DNA of 54,539 nt from an uncultured Gammaproteobacteria bacterium. GTDB lineage: Bacteria; Patescibacteriota; Patescibacteriia; UBA1558; GWA2-36-10. This document shows positions 1 through 9,817 of this stretch, piece by piece. Each line of letters opens with the position of its first letter. Position 1 is the first letter of the stretch. The notes beneath the pieces are model-generated. The model was not told the DNA's origin, searched no databases, and saw only the letters and a list, made by a program, of their open reading frames with translations. The stretch lies in the NCBI GenBank assembly GCA_964515785.1, contig CAZEWH010000006.1, positions 4,182 through 58,720 of the forward strand, in the 5' to 3' direction. A program made the position numbers and the translations under genes.

Positions 1-28
1 GTTTTTTTTTTATATTAATTCTTAGGTT

Positions 29-58
29 GTAGTGCCGGGGCCTCCGGCCGCGGGCACA
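29..58. repeat. GTAG-type REP-like palindrome
   Basis: GTAG at 29-32 followed by an imperfect GC-rich hairpin GTGCC-GGGGCC-TCC-GGCCGCG-GGCAC in AT-rich DNA. Confidence 0.5.
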
Positions 59-85
59 GAACATTTTGTTATAATAAATAACTAT

Positions 86-188
86 GTTGATCCCGCACTT
101 GATGCGGAAACCAGGAAGCTTAATTAAATTAATATACTAGACCCCGCATCAAGCCCGTGTCGAGCACGGTCGAGACATGCGAGGTGAC
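86..188. repeat. Inverted REP-like doublet with a nested hairpin upstream of prfA
   Basis: Left arm GTTGATCCCGCACTTGATGCGGAAACCAG is an imperfect inverse of right arm CTAGACCCCGCATCAAG[..]TGCGAGGTGAC; right arm interrupted by CCCGTGTCGAGCACGGTCGAGACA. Confidence 0.6.
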
Positions 189-199
189 TAGAAAAAATT

Positions 200-1258
200 A
201 TGGAAATAGACATCAAAAAAATCAAACAACAAGTAGAAGAACTAGAGACAAAGATGCAAGATAAAAAAGTAGTCTCTGATTCCAAACAAATGTCCAAACT
301 TGGTAAAGAATACAACAACATCAAGCAAGCTTTGGAATTGGCAGAAAATCTAGAAGCCAACAAACATACTCTAGCTAATCTACAAGAAACTATCAAAACA
401 GAAACAGATGAAGAAATGATTTTATTGACTGAAGAAGAAGTCTTGGTTTTGAAACAAAAAATATCTGAAGATGAAGAAAAATTGGAAGAAATCGTCCACC
501 CTCAAGATCCCAATGACACTAAAGATATTATTTTGGAAATCCGAGCCGGTACTGGTGGTGAAGAATCAGCCTTGTTTGCAGCTGAACTATTTCGTATGTA
601 TTCTCGCTTTGCAGAAAATAAAAACTGGAAAATCAATATTTTATCAACCAACAAAACAGAAATCGGCGGCTTCAAAGAAATAATTGCCGAAGTGACTGGT
701 GAAAATGTTTATAAATTTTTCAAATTTGAAAGTGGTGTCCATCGCGTCCAACGTGTACCAGAAACTGAAAAAGCTGGTCGAGTACATACTAGTGCAGCTT
801 CCGTAGCTGTTATGCCTGAAGCTGAAGAAGTAGATCTAGAAATAAAAAATGAAGATTTGAGAATAGATACTTTTTGTTCCTCTGGAAAAGGTGGCCAATC
901 TGTCAACACTACTTATTCTGCTGTACGTATTACTCATCTACCAACCAATACCGTAGTTTCTTGTCAGGATGAAAAAAAACAGCAGCAAAATAAAATTAAA
1001 GCAATGCGGGTCTTACGCTCTAGAATTTTAGCAAAACTCGAAGAAGAAGAGCATGCTAAAAATGCAGCTGAAAGAAAAAATCAAATTGGTTCTGGAGATC
1101 GCTCTGAAAAAATCCGCACTTATAATTTTCCTCAAGATAGACTGACAGATCATCGCATTAAACTATCTTTACATAATTTACCAGATATTATGAATGGTGA
1201 TTTGATGCCTTTGCTTGAAAAATTACAACAAGCATCTAAACAACAGCATGCAAATTAA
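200..1258 (+). CDS. prfA: Peptide chain release factor 1
   Basis: GGQ motif (GKGGQSVN), PET stop-recognition motif (RVPETE), EIRAGTGGEE, RTYNFPQ; upstream of prmC. Confidence 0.97.
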   Translation: MEIDIKKIKQQVEELETKMQDKKVVSDSKQMSKLGKEYNNIKQALELAENLEANKHTLANLQETIKTETDEEMILLTEEEVLVLKQKISEDEEKLEEIVHPQDPNDTKDIILEIRAGTGGEESALFAAELFRMYSRFAENKNWKINILSTNKTEIGGFKEIIAEVTGENVYKFFKFESGVHRVQRVPETEKAGRVHTSAASVAVMPEAEEVDLEIKNEDLRIDTFCSSGKGGQSVNTTYSAVRITHLPTNTVVSCQDEKKQQQNKIKAMRVLRSRILAKLEEEEHAKNAAERKNQIGSGDRSEKIRTYNFPQDRLTDHRIKLSLHNLPDIMNGDLMPLLEKLQQASKQQHAN

Positions 1259-2090
1259 AGAGTTACTCTTAAAAAATAAAGATAAACTAGACAATAGCGA
1301 ATTAGATGATTTGCTAGCTTTAGCTTTGCATAAATCTAAAAATTATATCTATAAAAACCTAGATAAGCAAATATCTCGCTCTAGTATTCAAGCTTTTAAT
1401 AAATTACTAAACAAACGTATAAATAATTGGCCTTTAGCTTATTTAGAAAAATCTAAAAATTTTTATGGCCTAAATTTTATTATTAATAAAAATGTCCTAG
1501 TCCCCCGCCCTGATAGTGAAGTGTTAATAGAACAAGCTTTGGAATATTTAAAAAATAAAAAAAGCCTTAATATTTTAGATATAGGCACTGGTAGTGGATG
1601 TTTGATAATTTCTGTAGCTAAAAATGCTGAAAATAATAATTTTTATGCTAGTGACATTTCTACTAAAGCTCTACAAATAGCCAAGACAAATTCTAGAAAA
1701 AATAAAACTAAAATTAATTTTATAAAATCTAATCTATTTAGTGTATTTGAGTCCCCGCCCCCGCGGAGCGGGGGCGGGGTTTTACCCCACTCTTTTGATG
1801 TAATAATTGCTAATCTGCCATATCTTACTCCAGAGCAACTCAAAGAACCAAGTATTAGCCAAGAACCAAAGCTAGCTTTGCTAGCAGGCAAAGATGGCTT
1901 GGATTATTATCAAAAATTATTATCTAATATATCAAAATATTTAGCTAAAAAATATTTAGTATTATTAGAAATAGATCCAGATCAACAAGCTAAAATAGAA
2001 AAAATAATTAAAAAAAATCTGCCAAAAGGCAGACTAGAGTTTATCAAAGATTTAGCAAATAATATTCGTGTAGCTAAAATTACTGACTAA
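1248..2090 (+). CDS. prmC: Release factor glutamine methyltransferase (HemK); start moved to ATG 1248
   Basis: VLVPRPDSE, SAM motif LDIGTGSGC, NLPY (NPPY variant), GKDGLDYY; overlaps prfA stop. Confidence 0.93.
   Translation: MQIKELLLKNKDKLDNSELDDLLALALHKSKNYIYKNLDKQISRSSIQAFNKLLNKRINNWPLAYLEKSKNFYGLNFIINKNVLVPRPDSEVLIEQALEYLKNKKSLNILDIGTGSGCLIISVAKNAENNNFYASDISTKALQIAKTNSRKNKTKINFIKSNLFSVFESPPPRSGGGVLPHSFDVIIANLPYLTPEQLKEPSISQEPKLALLAGKDGLDYYQKLLSNISKYLAKKYLVLLEIDPDQQAKIEKIIKKNLPKGRLEFIKDLANNIRVAKITD
1753..1779. repeat. Perfect GC palindrome inside prmC
   Basis: CCCCGCCCCCGC-GGA-GCGGGGGCGGGG, 12-bp stem; 25-nt core recurs in opposite orientation at 14431-14455. Confidence 0.85.
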
Positions 2091-3117
2091 TATCTAATAT
2101 ATTTAGTCTCTCTTCAGTATTAATTACCTCAATCCAGGTTTGGCCTGGATTTAATTTTAAGGCATTACCGTCTTTGTCAAAAAACAAAGTCCGACCATCT
2201 TCTACAAGCCAGACGCCATCTTGCTGACCATATTTATTAAAAATAAAAGCCAAACCGCCGTCCTCTGTATTCATATTACGACGTTCTGCATCTATCAACC
2301 AATCATCAGCCACTAAAACTACTACATTGCTAGCTGCAATTTGCTCACCAGTAGCATAGCTATGTTTGACATCACCTTGCCAACGTTGATACTGCTCTTT
2401 GAGTGTATTGTATTTCCAATCTACTTGAAAAGAATTACTTGAAAAATCAAGGGAAATATTTTTTATATCTTCACTAACATCTTCATCAACAAAATTCCAA
2501 GTTACAAATTTATCTCTATCCAAAGTAGGGACTTCTTTGATTTCTCCTACTCTAAGCCAATTAGAATTAGAAGTAAAGACATTGGCTGGCATTGGCATAT
2601 CATTGTCTCGCCAAAAATAAACTTCACCAGCTCCAATTTGATCAATATTTACAAAATCATAATCATCTATAGAGTCAAGAGCTTGAGGACTGCCGCCTAC
2701 ATGCATATAAACTCCATTATATTCCTCTACCCAATCAAGAAAATACGGACGAGCAGATCTGACTGGACCAATTTTGTCTAGACGCTGATTACTATCAAAA
2801 ATAGCCAATAATCTAGTAATTGGACCCTCTACCAAAGCTTCATAAACTATATCAGCTCGCTCCAAGCCAGGCTGTTCATTGATATTATAAGCATTGTCTA
2901 GCATCACACCAATAGCAAAAAATTCACGATGATTATCAGTCCAAACTTGGCCGTTTAATGGATGACGAATAATATCAACCTTCTCTTCAACTACTACATC
3001 TTCTACAACTTGTTGAGCATTTGGCTTTGGTAAATTGGCTAATCCCACAAATACCAAAATAACTGCCACGACAATGACAGTTACGGAACTATATATTTTA
3101 GCTTTGGAGCTTGGCAT
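2080..3117 (-). CDS. DUF3048-family (YerB-like) membrane-anchored protein
   Basis: N-terminal TM; QPGLERADIVYEALVEGPITRLLAIF, IGPVRSARPYF, HVGGS, LNPGQTWIEV. Confidence 0.85.
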   Translation of the reverse strand: MPSSKAKIYSSVTVIVVAVILVFVGLANLPKPNAQQVVEDVVVEEKVDIIRHPLNGQVWTDNHREFFAIGVMLDNAYNINEQPGLERADIVYEALVEGPITRLLAIFDSNQRLDKIGPVRSARPYFLDWVEEYNGVYMHVGGSPQALDSIDDYDFVNIDQIGAGEVYFWRDNDMPMPANVFTSNSNWLRVGEIKEVPTLDRDKFVTWNFVDEDVSEDIKNISLDFSSNSFQVDWKYNTLKEQYQRWQGDVKHSYATGEQIAASNVVVLVADDWLIDAERRNMNTEDGGLAFIFNKYGQQDGVWLVEDGRTLFFDKDGNALKLNPGQTWIEVINTEERLNILDISQ

Positions 3118-3119
3118 TA

Positions 3120-3812
3120 TTATTTTTTGTCTTCGCTTTTTTCTTCAGCTTTAGCTTCGCCTTCAGCTGGAGCAGCACCCTCAGCTGGAGTTTCACCTTC
3201 AGCACCTTCTTCACCTTCTGGAGTTTCGCCTTCTTCAACAGTTTCTTCAATTTTCATCTTCTTTGGAACTGCTACAGAAACTACTGGGTCATTAGGGTCA
3301 TTAGAAATAATTACTTTATCACTAACAACCAGATCTTTAATAGATAAAATTTGACCCATTTCTTTTAATAAAGAAACATCAACTTCAATTGTAGCTGGTA
3401 AATCATCTGGCAAACATTGAACATTGACTTGCTGATTTTTGATTTCTAATTTACCACCTTGCTCACGAACAACTTTGGAAGTACCAACAAATTCAAGTGG
3501 TACTACAGTAGTAAGAGTGCGTTTGGCATCAACAGCCATAAAATCAATATGAGTCAATTTGTCTGTAACTGGATCTTGTTGATATTCACGAACAATAGCC
3601 GGAATACTTTTACCATCAACTTGGATATCAATAACATTACTGGTACCAGCTTCTTTCAAAACTTTGAGTAAAGTATTGTAATCCATATCTATATTGACTG
3701 GATCTTTCTTAAAACCATAAACCACACCAGGAACACGAGATGATGTTCTGATTTCGGTCAACATACTTTGTTTACCGGTCTTTCTAATCTTTGTTTCTAG
3801 CTTAAAATTCAT
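3120..3812 (-). CDS. rplY: 50S ribosomal protein L25/Ctc
   Basis: VPGVVYG, QQDPVTDKLTHIDF, VPLEFVG, acidic tail. Confidence 0.93.
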   Translation of the reverse strand: MNFKLETKIRKTGKQSMLTEIRTSSRVPGVVYGFKKDPVNIDMDYNTLLKVLKEAGTSNVIDIQVDGKSIPAIVREYQQDPVTDKLTHIDFMAVDAKRTLTTVVPLEFVGTSKVVREQGGKLEIKNQQVNVQCLPDDLPATIEVDVSLLKEMGQILSIKDLVVSDKVIISNDPNDPVVSVAVPKKMKIEETVEEGETPEGEEGAEGETPAEGAAPAEGEAKAEEKSEDKK

Positions 3813-3886
3813 ATAATTTTTACTTAGATAAAATTAAGATACAGTGCATATTTAATCACAATCTCAGATAAAAGTCAAGGATATAT

Positions 3887-4981
3887 CTATCTATTCCTCA
3901 TATAAACACTCTGAGTAATACCAATAGCTATCATTGTAGCCCACATTGAACTACCACCAGCCGAAACAAGCGGCAAAGGAATACCAGTTACTGGCGAAAT
4001 ACCCATATTCATACCTATATTTATAAAAGTCTGAACTAGCAACATCGAGGCAATACCTAGCACTAAATAGGCTCCAAAATCATCCTTACTACGCCGCATA
4101 ATAATAAATAGTCTATAAAAAATATAAGCAAACATAAATATCAAGACAGTCACTCCCACTAGCCCTAAATCTTCGGCAATTACTGCAAAAATAAAATCAG
4201 TGCCTGGCTCTGGTAAAAAATGCAAAGCAGACTGTGAACCAAGTGATAATCCTCTACCAAACCACTGCCCAGATCCTACTGAGATCATCGATTGAATGAC
4301 ATTGTAGCCTTGGCCTTGTGGATCAGAACTCGGATTTATAAAAGTTGTGATTCTAGCTTTTTGATAATCTTGTAAGACAAAAAACCAAGAAGCTACAATT
4401 ACCAATAAAAATGTAACTGCCAACCACAGTAAATGTTTTTTACGTATACCAGTAAATAATAAAATCACCATCCAAGTACCAAAAAGCACCATGGCTGATC
4501 CTAAATCAGGCTGCATAGCTACTAACACTACAAAAATAACAGTTCCAAGACCTGACAATAAAATATGACGCCAAAATTTGAAATCATGAGCATGATCAGA
4601 AAAATACCGTGCTAGCCAAATAATCAAAGCTACCTTGGCAAATTCAACTGGTTGTATCGATGCTGGACCAATTTTTATCCAACCAGTCGTACCTTTTACT
4701 TGAGTACCAAACAGCAATACAATCAATAAAACAATAATAAATAAAACATAAGCAAGCTTGCTATAAGTAGACCAAGCCGTATAATTGATATTAGCAAACA
4801 AAAACATCAATATTATGCCGGATAAAGCGAAAAATATTTGTTTTTTAAAGATTAAAAAATCAGAACCTTCAATATTGAGGTTCAAACTATACAATATGCT
4901 GGCACTAAAAATAAACAATATCAGAATGGCCAAAAATAATAACCAATCTACTTTGCGCCATCTAGCTAAAAATTCTCTCAT
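3887..4981 (-). CDS. rodA: SEDS-family peptidoglycan polymerase RodA
   Basis: Multi-TM; QPVEFAK, QPDLG, GYNVIQSMISVGSG, PEPGTDFIF, TGIPLPLVSAGGSS. Confidence 0.92.
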   Translation of the reverse strand: MREFLARWRKVDWLLFLAILILFIFSASILYSLNLNIEGSDFLIFKKQIFFALSGIILMFLFANINYTAWSTYSKLAYVLFIIVLLIVLLFGTQVKGTTGWIKIGPASIQPVEFAKVALIIWLARYFSDHAHDFKFWRHILLSGLGTVIFVVLVAMQPDLGSAMVLFGTWMVILLFTGIRKKHLLWLAVTFLLVIVASWFFVLQDYQKARITTFINPSSDPQGQGYNVIQSMISVGSGQWFGRGLSLGSQSALHFLPEPGTDFIFAVIAEDLGLVGVTVLIFMFAYIFYRLFIIMRRSKDDFGAYLVLGIASMLLVQTFINIGMNMGISPVTGIPLPLVSAGGSSMWATMIAIGITQSVYMRNR

Positions 4982-5853
4982 AAATCTGTCCTATTTCCAC
5001 CCTCCCTATCTGGTGTTATCTCTTTAAAACTATCTAAATCCAACCAATTTAGCAAGGGCCAGACTTCAGTCCTGGTTACTCGTGGCAAATCATTGAGCCA
5101 GATGGCCTCTAACTGTCTACTTTCCAAAGAATCAAAATCTTTAGACTTGACCTCAGATACTGCTACTACTCTATCCCCATTATACAATATTACTTGCCAA
5201 TCAACTTCCCAAAAAGCAAATAATGACATATTTATTGCTTCCCAAGTAGCATGTGGCTGTACAACTATAGTATCATTACCAACTACTTCACGAGACAATG
5301 GTTTAAAATTGATGTCTTTGACTTGCCATTGTATGACTGGTGTGTCATTTTCCCAACGACGCCATTTGATATTATCTAAAACAACTTTAAGGCTAGAAAT
5401 TGCTTTGGTAGATTCATAACCAATATCTAATAAGAAATATTCCTCACCTGGATTCAAAAATAAAGTTTTTGCTTCTAAAGCTTTACCATTTACTACAAAA
5501 GTATATTCAAATTCTGATACTGCCCAATCATCATTTGGGTTGGAAACTTTGGCCAATAAATTGTAACGGCCAGCTCCAATAGCCAAAAATTGTGTAGCTG
5601 ATACATTTATATCTTGTGGCATACGATTTTGATGATAAGTAGCCCAGTCAGTATTATTAGCCATCTGTAAAGCAGCAGTATTAAAACTAGTACCTGTTAC
5701 ATATTTTATAATATTGGAAATAACAAATAAATAAGCCAAAGCTAAAATAGCTATAGCTACCCCATACAAAGCTTTTTTGATCATCGGGCGATGTGTCAAG
5801 AAATAATAACCCCGATCTAGTTCTTTTTGTTTTAATGGTTTATAATCATCCAT
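4978..5853 (-). CDS. Membrane-anchored hypothetical protein, translationally coupled to rodA
   Basis: Single N-terminal TM plus beta-rich extracellular region; ATGA overlap with rodA start. Confidence 0.8.
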   Translation of the reverse strand: MDDYKPLKQKELDRGYYFLTHRPMIKKALYGVAIAILALAYLFVISNIIKYVTGTSFNTAALQMANNTDWATYHQNRMPQDINVSATQFLAIGAGRYNLLAKVSNPNDDWAVSEFEYTFVVNGKALEAKTLFLNPGEEYFLLDIGYESTKAISSLKVVLDNIKWRRWENDTPVIQWQVKDINFKPLSREVVGNDTIVVQPHATWEAINMSLFAFWEVDWQVILYNGDRVVAVSEVKSKDFDSLESRQLEAIWLNDLPRVTRTEVWPLLNWLDLDSFKEITPDREGGNRTDL

Positions 5854-5954
5854 GTTTTATACTCTATATAAACAATTATACAATAATTTGAGATGATTGG
5901 CTACTTATGTTATAATTATGACAGTTTATACATAACTAAGTAAACAAAAATAAA

Positions 5955-6278
5955 ATGTTTGACACTTCAAGAGATGTTTTAAATTTAATAATTGCTTTTT
6001 CAGTCTTTTGGTTAGCAATTTGGCTTTCTTGGATTTTTTATCAAGTAGGCAAGGGTTTAAAGAATATGAATAACACCCTAGATAGTGCTAAAAAAGTCCT
6101 AGAAGGTATTGGTAAGGGCGTTGATCAATTTAGAAACAAAGCCGGTTCTACTATGGCTAGCTTGGCAGTTTTGCTCAAAGGTGGTAAAGAAATCTATGAT
6201 AAAGTCCAATCCAAAAAAACTACCAGCAAACCCCGCAAAAAAACCCGCAAAAAGAGCACACAAAAAAAACAAAAATAA
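5955..6278 (+). CDS. Small membrane protein (TM + coiled coil + Lys-rich tail)
   Basis: Hydrophobic N-terminal helix; TGTTATAAT upstream; divergent from rodA unit. Confidence 0.75.
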   Translation: MFDTSRDVLNLIIAFSVFWLAIWLSWIFYQVGKGLKNMNNTLDSAKKVLEGIGKGVDQFRNKAGSTMASLAVLLKGGKEIYDKVQSKKTTSKPRKKTRKKSTQKKQK

Positions 6279-6343
6279 AAATACCCCGATACATCTAAAT
6301 ATCTGTTAATTTGGTTATCGGGTTTTATTATCCAAAAAAAATA

Positions 6344-9300
6344 ATGTTTGTCCATCTTCATAACCATTCTCATTTTAGTCTATTGGATGGCTTGGGTACT
6401 ATCGACGATCTGATTGCTAAAGCCAAACAAGACGGAGCCACTGCTCTAGCTCTGACCGATCATGGTGTCATGTACGGTGTTATTGAATTTTATCAAAAAT
6501 GTAAAGCTGCTGACCTCAAACCAATCATTGGTGTTGAGGCTTATGTGACAACTGGCTCGCTTCACGACAAAACTGCTAGAACCAAACCATATCATCTTAT
6601 ATTATTGGCCAAAAATAATACTGGCTACAAAAACCTTCTAAAATTGGTGAGCATTGCTCATCTAGAAGGTTTTTATTATAAACCAAGACTTGATTGGACT
6701 ACTATCAAAGAACATAGTGAAGGTCTGATAGCTACTACAGCTTGTCTCAACGGCCCCCTAGCTCGACACCTCAAAGCCAATCAAGAAAAAACTGCAGTCA
6801 AAAATCTCAAAAAATTAATAAATATTTTTGGTGAAGACAATCTTTATCTAGAACTCCAGCACCAAAACATGACTGAACAAACAATAGTCAATAATGGTTT
6901 GAAAAAACTAGCTAAAGAATATAATTTACCACTTATTGCTACCAACGATGTTCATTATATAAACACTAAAGATGATCAAGCCCATGATGTCTTACTCTGT
7001 ATCCAGACCAAACACAAACAATCCGACAAAGATCGCATGACTTATCTAGGTGAAAATTATTCTATGTATTCACCAGAGGAAATGCAAAAATTGTTTGCTG
7101 ATACCCCTGAAGCTATCACTAATACTCAAAAACTAGCTGATCGCTGTGATGTTGAGATCGAGCTAGGTGAGATCCAATTACCTGATTATGATTTACCTCA
7201 AGGTATTACAGCTGATGATGAATTACGTCGCCTGAGTATTGAAGGCGTTGCCAAACGTTTTGATTTTAAAGAAAACGCTATTCCTGACAATATCAAAGAA
7301 CGAGTTGAATATGAGTTAGACATTATCAAAAAAACTGGTTTTGCCGCTTATTTTTTAATTGTTCAAGACTTTGTCAATTGGGCCAAAGAAAAACAAATCG
7401 TAGTTGGTCCAGGTCGTGGCTCTGCCGCTGGTAGTCTTGTTTCTTATTTGATTGGTATTACCAATATAGATCCTCTTAAATATGAATTATTATTTGAAAG
7501 ATTCTTGAATCCAGAACGTGTTTCTATGCCTGATATTGATCTGGATTTTGCTGATGTCAGGCGTGATGAAGTTATTCATTATGTAGAAAACAAATACGGA
7601 AAAGATCGTGTAGCTCAAATCATTACTTTTGGAACTATGGCAGCACGTGCTGCAGTCAGAGATGTTGGCCGAGCTATGGGATTTAGCTATTCCTATTGTG
7701 ATCAAATTGCAAAATTGATTCCAATGTTTACTTCGCTTGATGATGCTCTCCAAAATGTCGATGAGCTCAAAAAAATATACGAAGAAGATGTGGAAGCAGA
7801 AAATTTACTAAACATGGCAAAAAAAGTAGAAGGCTTGGCTCGTCATAGTTCAACTCATGCCTGTGGTGTCTTGATTACCAAAGATCCTTTAGTAAACTGT
7901 GTACCTCTGCAATACGCTAGTTCTGATGATCAAACTATTGTCTCTCAATATTCACTCTACCCTATTGAAGATTTGGGTTTATTAAAAATGGATTTCCTAG
8001 GACTCAAAAACCTTACTATTTTAGAACAAGCTATCAAAATCATTGAAGCTACAAAAGGCGTCCAAATAGATCTAGATAATATCCCACTTGATGATAAAAA
8101 AACTTTTAAGACTTTTCAAGATGGCCATACTACTGGAGTATTTCAATTTGAATCTGGTGGCATGAAACGCTATCTAAAACAACTAAAATCAACAGAACTA
8201 GAAGACATTATTGCTATGGTCTCACTCTATCGCCCAGGTCCGATAGAATTTATCCCTGATTTTATTGCTGGCAAACATGGACACAAAAAAGTCAATTATC
8301 TCCATCCTAAGCTAGAACCAATTTTAAAAAATACCTACGGCATTGCTATTTATCAAGAACAAATCATGCGTATTGCTCGCGATCTAGCTGGTTTTACTTA
8401 TGGTCAAGCTGATGTACTTCGCAAAGCAATGGGTAAAAAAATCAAAAAACTACTAGACGAGCAAGAAGAAACCCTAATAGATGGCATGGTCAAAAATGGT
8501 ATAGATAAAAAAACTGCCAACAAAATTTGGGAATTTATTGTACCTTTTGCAAAATATGGATTCAATCGCTCCCATGCTGCTTGCTATGCTATGATTGCTT
8601 ATCAAACTGCTTATCTCAAGAGTAATTATCCTGAAGCTTTTATGGCAGCTTTACTTACTTCTGATCAAGGTAATATTGATCGAGTAACTATTGATATAAA
8701 TGAATGCCGTCAGATGGGCATTGAAGTCTTGCAACCAGATATAAATGAAAGTTTTGCTACTTTTACAGTCGTAGAATCTGATACTGAAAATACCAAAATT
8801 CGCTTTGGACTCAATGCTATCAAAAACGTAGGGCACCATATTGCTGAAGTTATTATCAAAGAAAGAAAAACTAATGGCCATTATAAAGACATAGAAGACC
8901 TATTAAACAGAATCAAAGATAAAGATCTAAACAAAAAATCTCTCGACAGTTTGATAAAAAGTGGAGCTTTTGACTCTCTAATCACTCGCGGTAAAGCTTT
9001 GGGAAATTTTGATGCTATTATGGATTTTCACAAAAAAATACAAAGTGAACACAAAAGTGGTCAAAACAATCTTTTTGCTGATTTACCATTAGCTGCCTCT
9101 ACTCTAGCTCTAAAATTGGATGATTTTCCTGACATCTCTGACGACAAAAAATTGTCCTGGGAAAAAGAACTACTTGGTTTGTATCTGAGTAATCATCCTT
9201 TCAAAGAATATATCCAACAAATCGGTAAACATGTCACAACTTTAGATCAATTAAAAAACAAAGAAAATCAAACTGTCCGTGTAGCTGGAATTGTCTCCAA

Positions 9301-9778
9301 TGTCCACAAAATTATTACTCACAAAGGTCAAGCCATGTTGTTTGTAACGATTGAAGATTCAATTAGTAGTGTTGAATTATTAATATTTCCAAAATTACTA
9401 GAAACTACCTATGGACTTTGGCATGATGAACAAAAAATATTAGCCACCGGTAAAGTATCTGATAAAGATGGTCATCCAAAAATACTAGTTGAAAAAGCAG
9501 AAATTATTTCTGATGATTGGCTCAATAAAATAAACGCTCGAAAAATGTCACAGAAAAGACTTTGGATCAAAATCCCAAGTGATTTTACCAAAGAAAAAAT
9601 GATGAAACTCAAAAATATTTTAGAAAAAAATCAAGGCACCACACCTGTTTATTTAGAGATAAACAATGGAAAAATGCGCAAAGTAAAAACTGATATCAAA
9701 ATATTACTCAATGATAGTCTAAAAACCACTATCAATGAATTTTTAGGTGAACAATCTTGGTTATTAGAAGACAATTAA
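6344..9778 (+). CDS. dnaE: DNA polymerase III alpha subunit; probable start ATG 6344
   Basis: PHP motifs HLHNHSHFSLLDG, TDHG, TNDVHY; GPGRGSAAGS, SMPDIDLDF, KMDFLGL; C-terminal OB fold. Confidence 0.97.
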   Translation: MFVHLHNHSHFSLLDGLGTIDDLIAKAKQDGATALALTDHGVMYGVIEFYQKCKAADLKPIIGVEAYVTTGSLHDKTARTKPYHLILLAKNNTGYKNLLKLVSIAHLEGFYYKPRLDWTTIKEHSEGLIATTACLNGPLARHLKANQEKTAVKNLKKLINIFGEDNLYLELQHQNMTEQTIVNNGLKKLAKEYNLPLIATNDVHYINTKDDQAHDVLLCIQTKHKQSDKDRMTYLGENYSMYSPEEMQKLFADTPEAITNTQKLADRCDVEIELGEIQLPDYDLPQGITADDELRRLSIEGVAKRFDFKENAIPDNIKERVEYELDIIKKTGFAAYFLIVQDFVNWAKEKQIVVGPGRGSAAGSLVSYLIGITNIDPLKYELLFERFLNPERVSMPDIDLDFADVRRDEVIHYVENKYGKDRVAQIITFGTMAARAAVRDVGRAMGFSYSYCDQIAKLIPMFTSLDDALQNVDELKKIYEEDVEAENLLNMAKKVEGLARHSSTHACGVLITKDPLVNCVPLQYASSDDQTIVSQYSLYPIEDLGLLKMDFLGLKNLTILEQAIKIIEATKGVQIDLDNIPLDDKKTFKTFQDGHTTGVFQFESGGMKRYLKQLKSTELEDIIAMVSLYRPGPIEFIPDFIAGKHGHKKVNYLHPKLEPILKNTYGIAIYQEQIMRIARDLAGFTYGQADVLRKAMGKKIKKLLDEQEETLIDGMVKNGIDKKTANKIWEFIVPFAKYGFNRSHAACYAMIAYQTAYLKSNYPEAFMAALLTSDQGNIDRVTIDINECRQMGIEVLQPDINESFATFTVVESDTENTKIRFGLNAIKNVGHHIAEVIIKERKTNGHYKDIEDLLNRIKDKDLNKKSLDSLIKSGAFDSLITRGKALGNFDAIMDFHKKIQSEHKSGQNNLFADLPLAASTLALKLDDFPDISDDKKLSWEKELLGLYLSNHPFKEYIQQIGKHVTTLDQLKNKENQTVRVAGIVSNVHKIITHKGQAMLFVTIEDSISSVELLIFPKLLETTYGLWHDEQKILATGKVSDKDGHPKILVEKAEIISDDWLNKINARKMSQKRLWIKIPSDFTKEKMMKLKNILEKNQGTTPVYLEINNGKMRKVKTDIKILLNDSLKTTINEFLGEQSWLLEDN

Positions 9779-9817
9779 ATTTTCTGCTATAATAACTACA
9801 TAAAATAAGATAAATAT

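Noticed and set aside
1810-1823. NLPY instead of NPPY in PrmC as a sign of changed function
   Set aside because: Conservative variant; prfA linkage supports normal function
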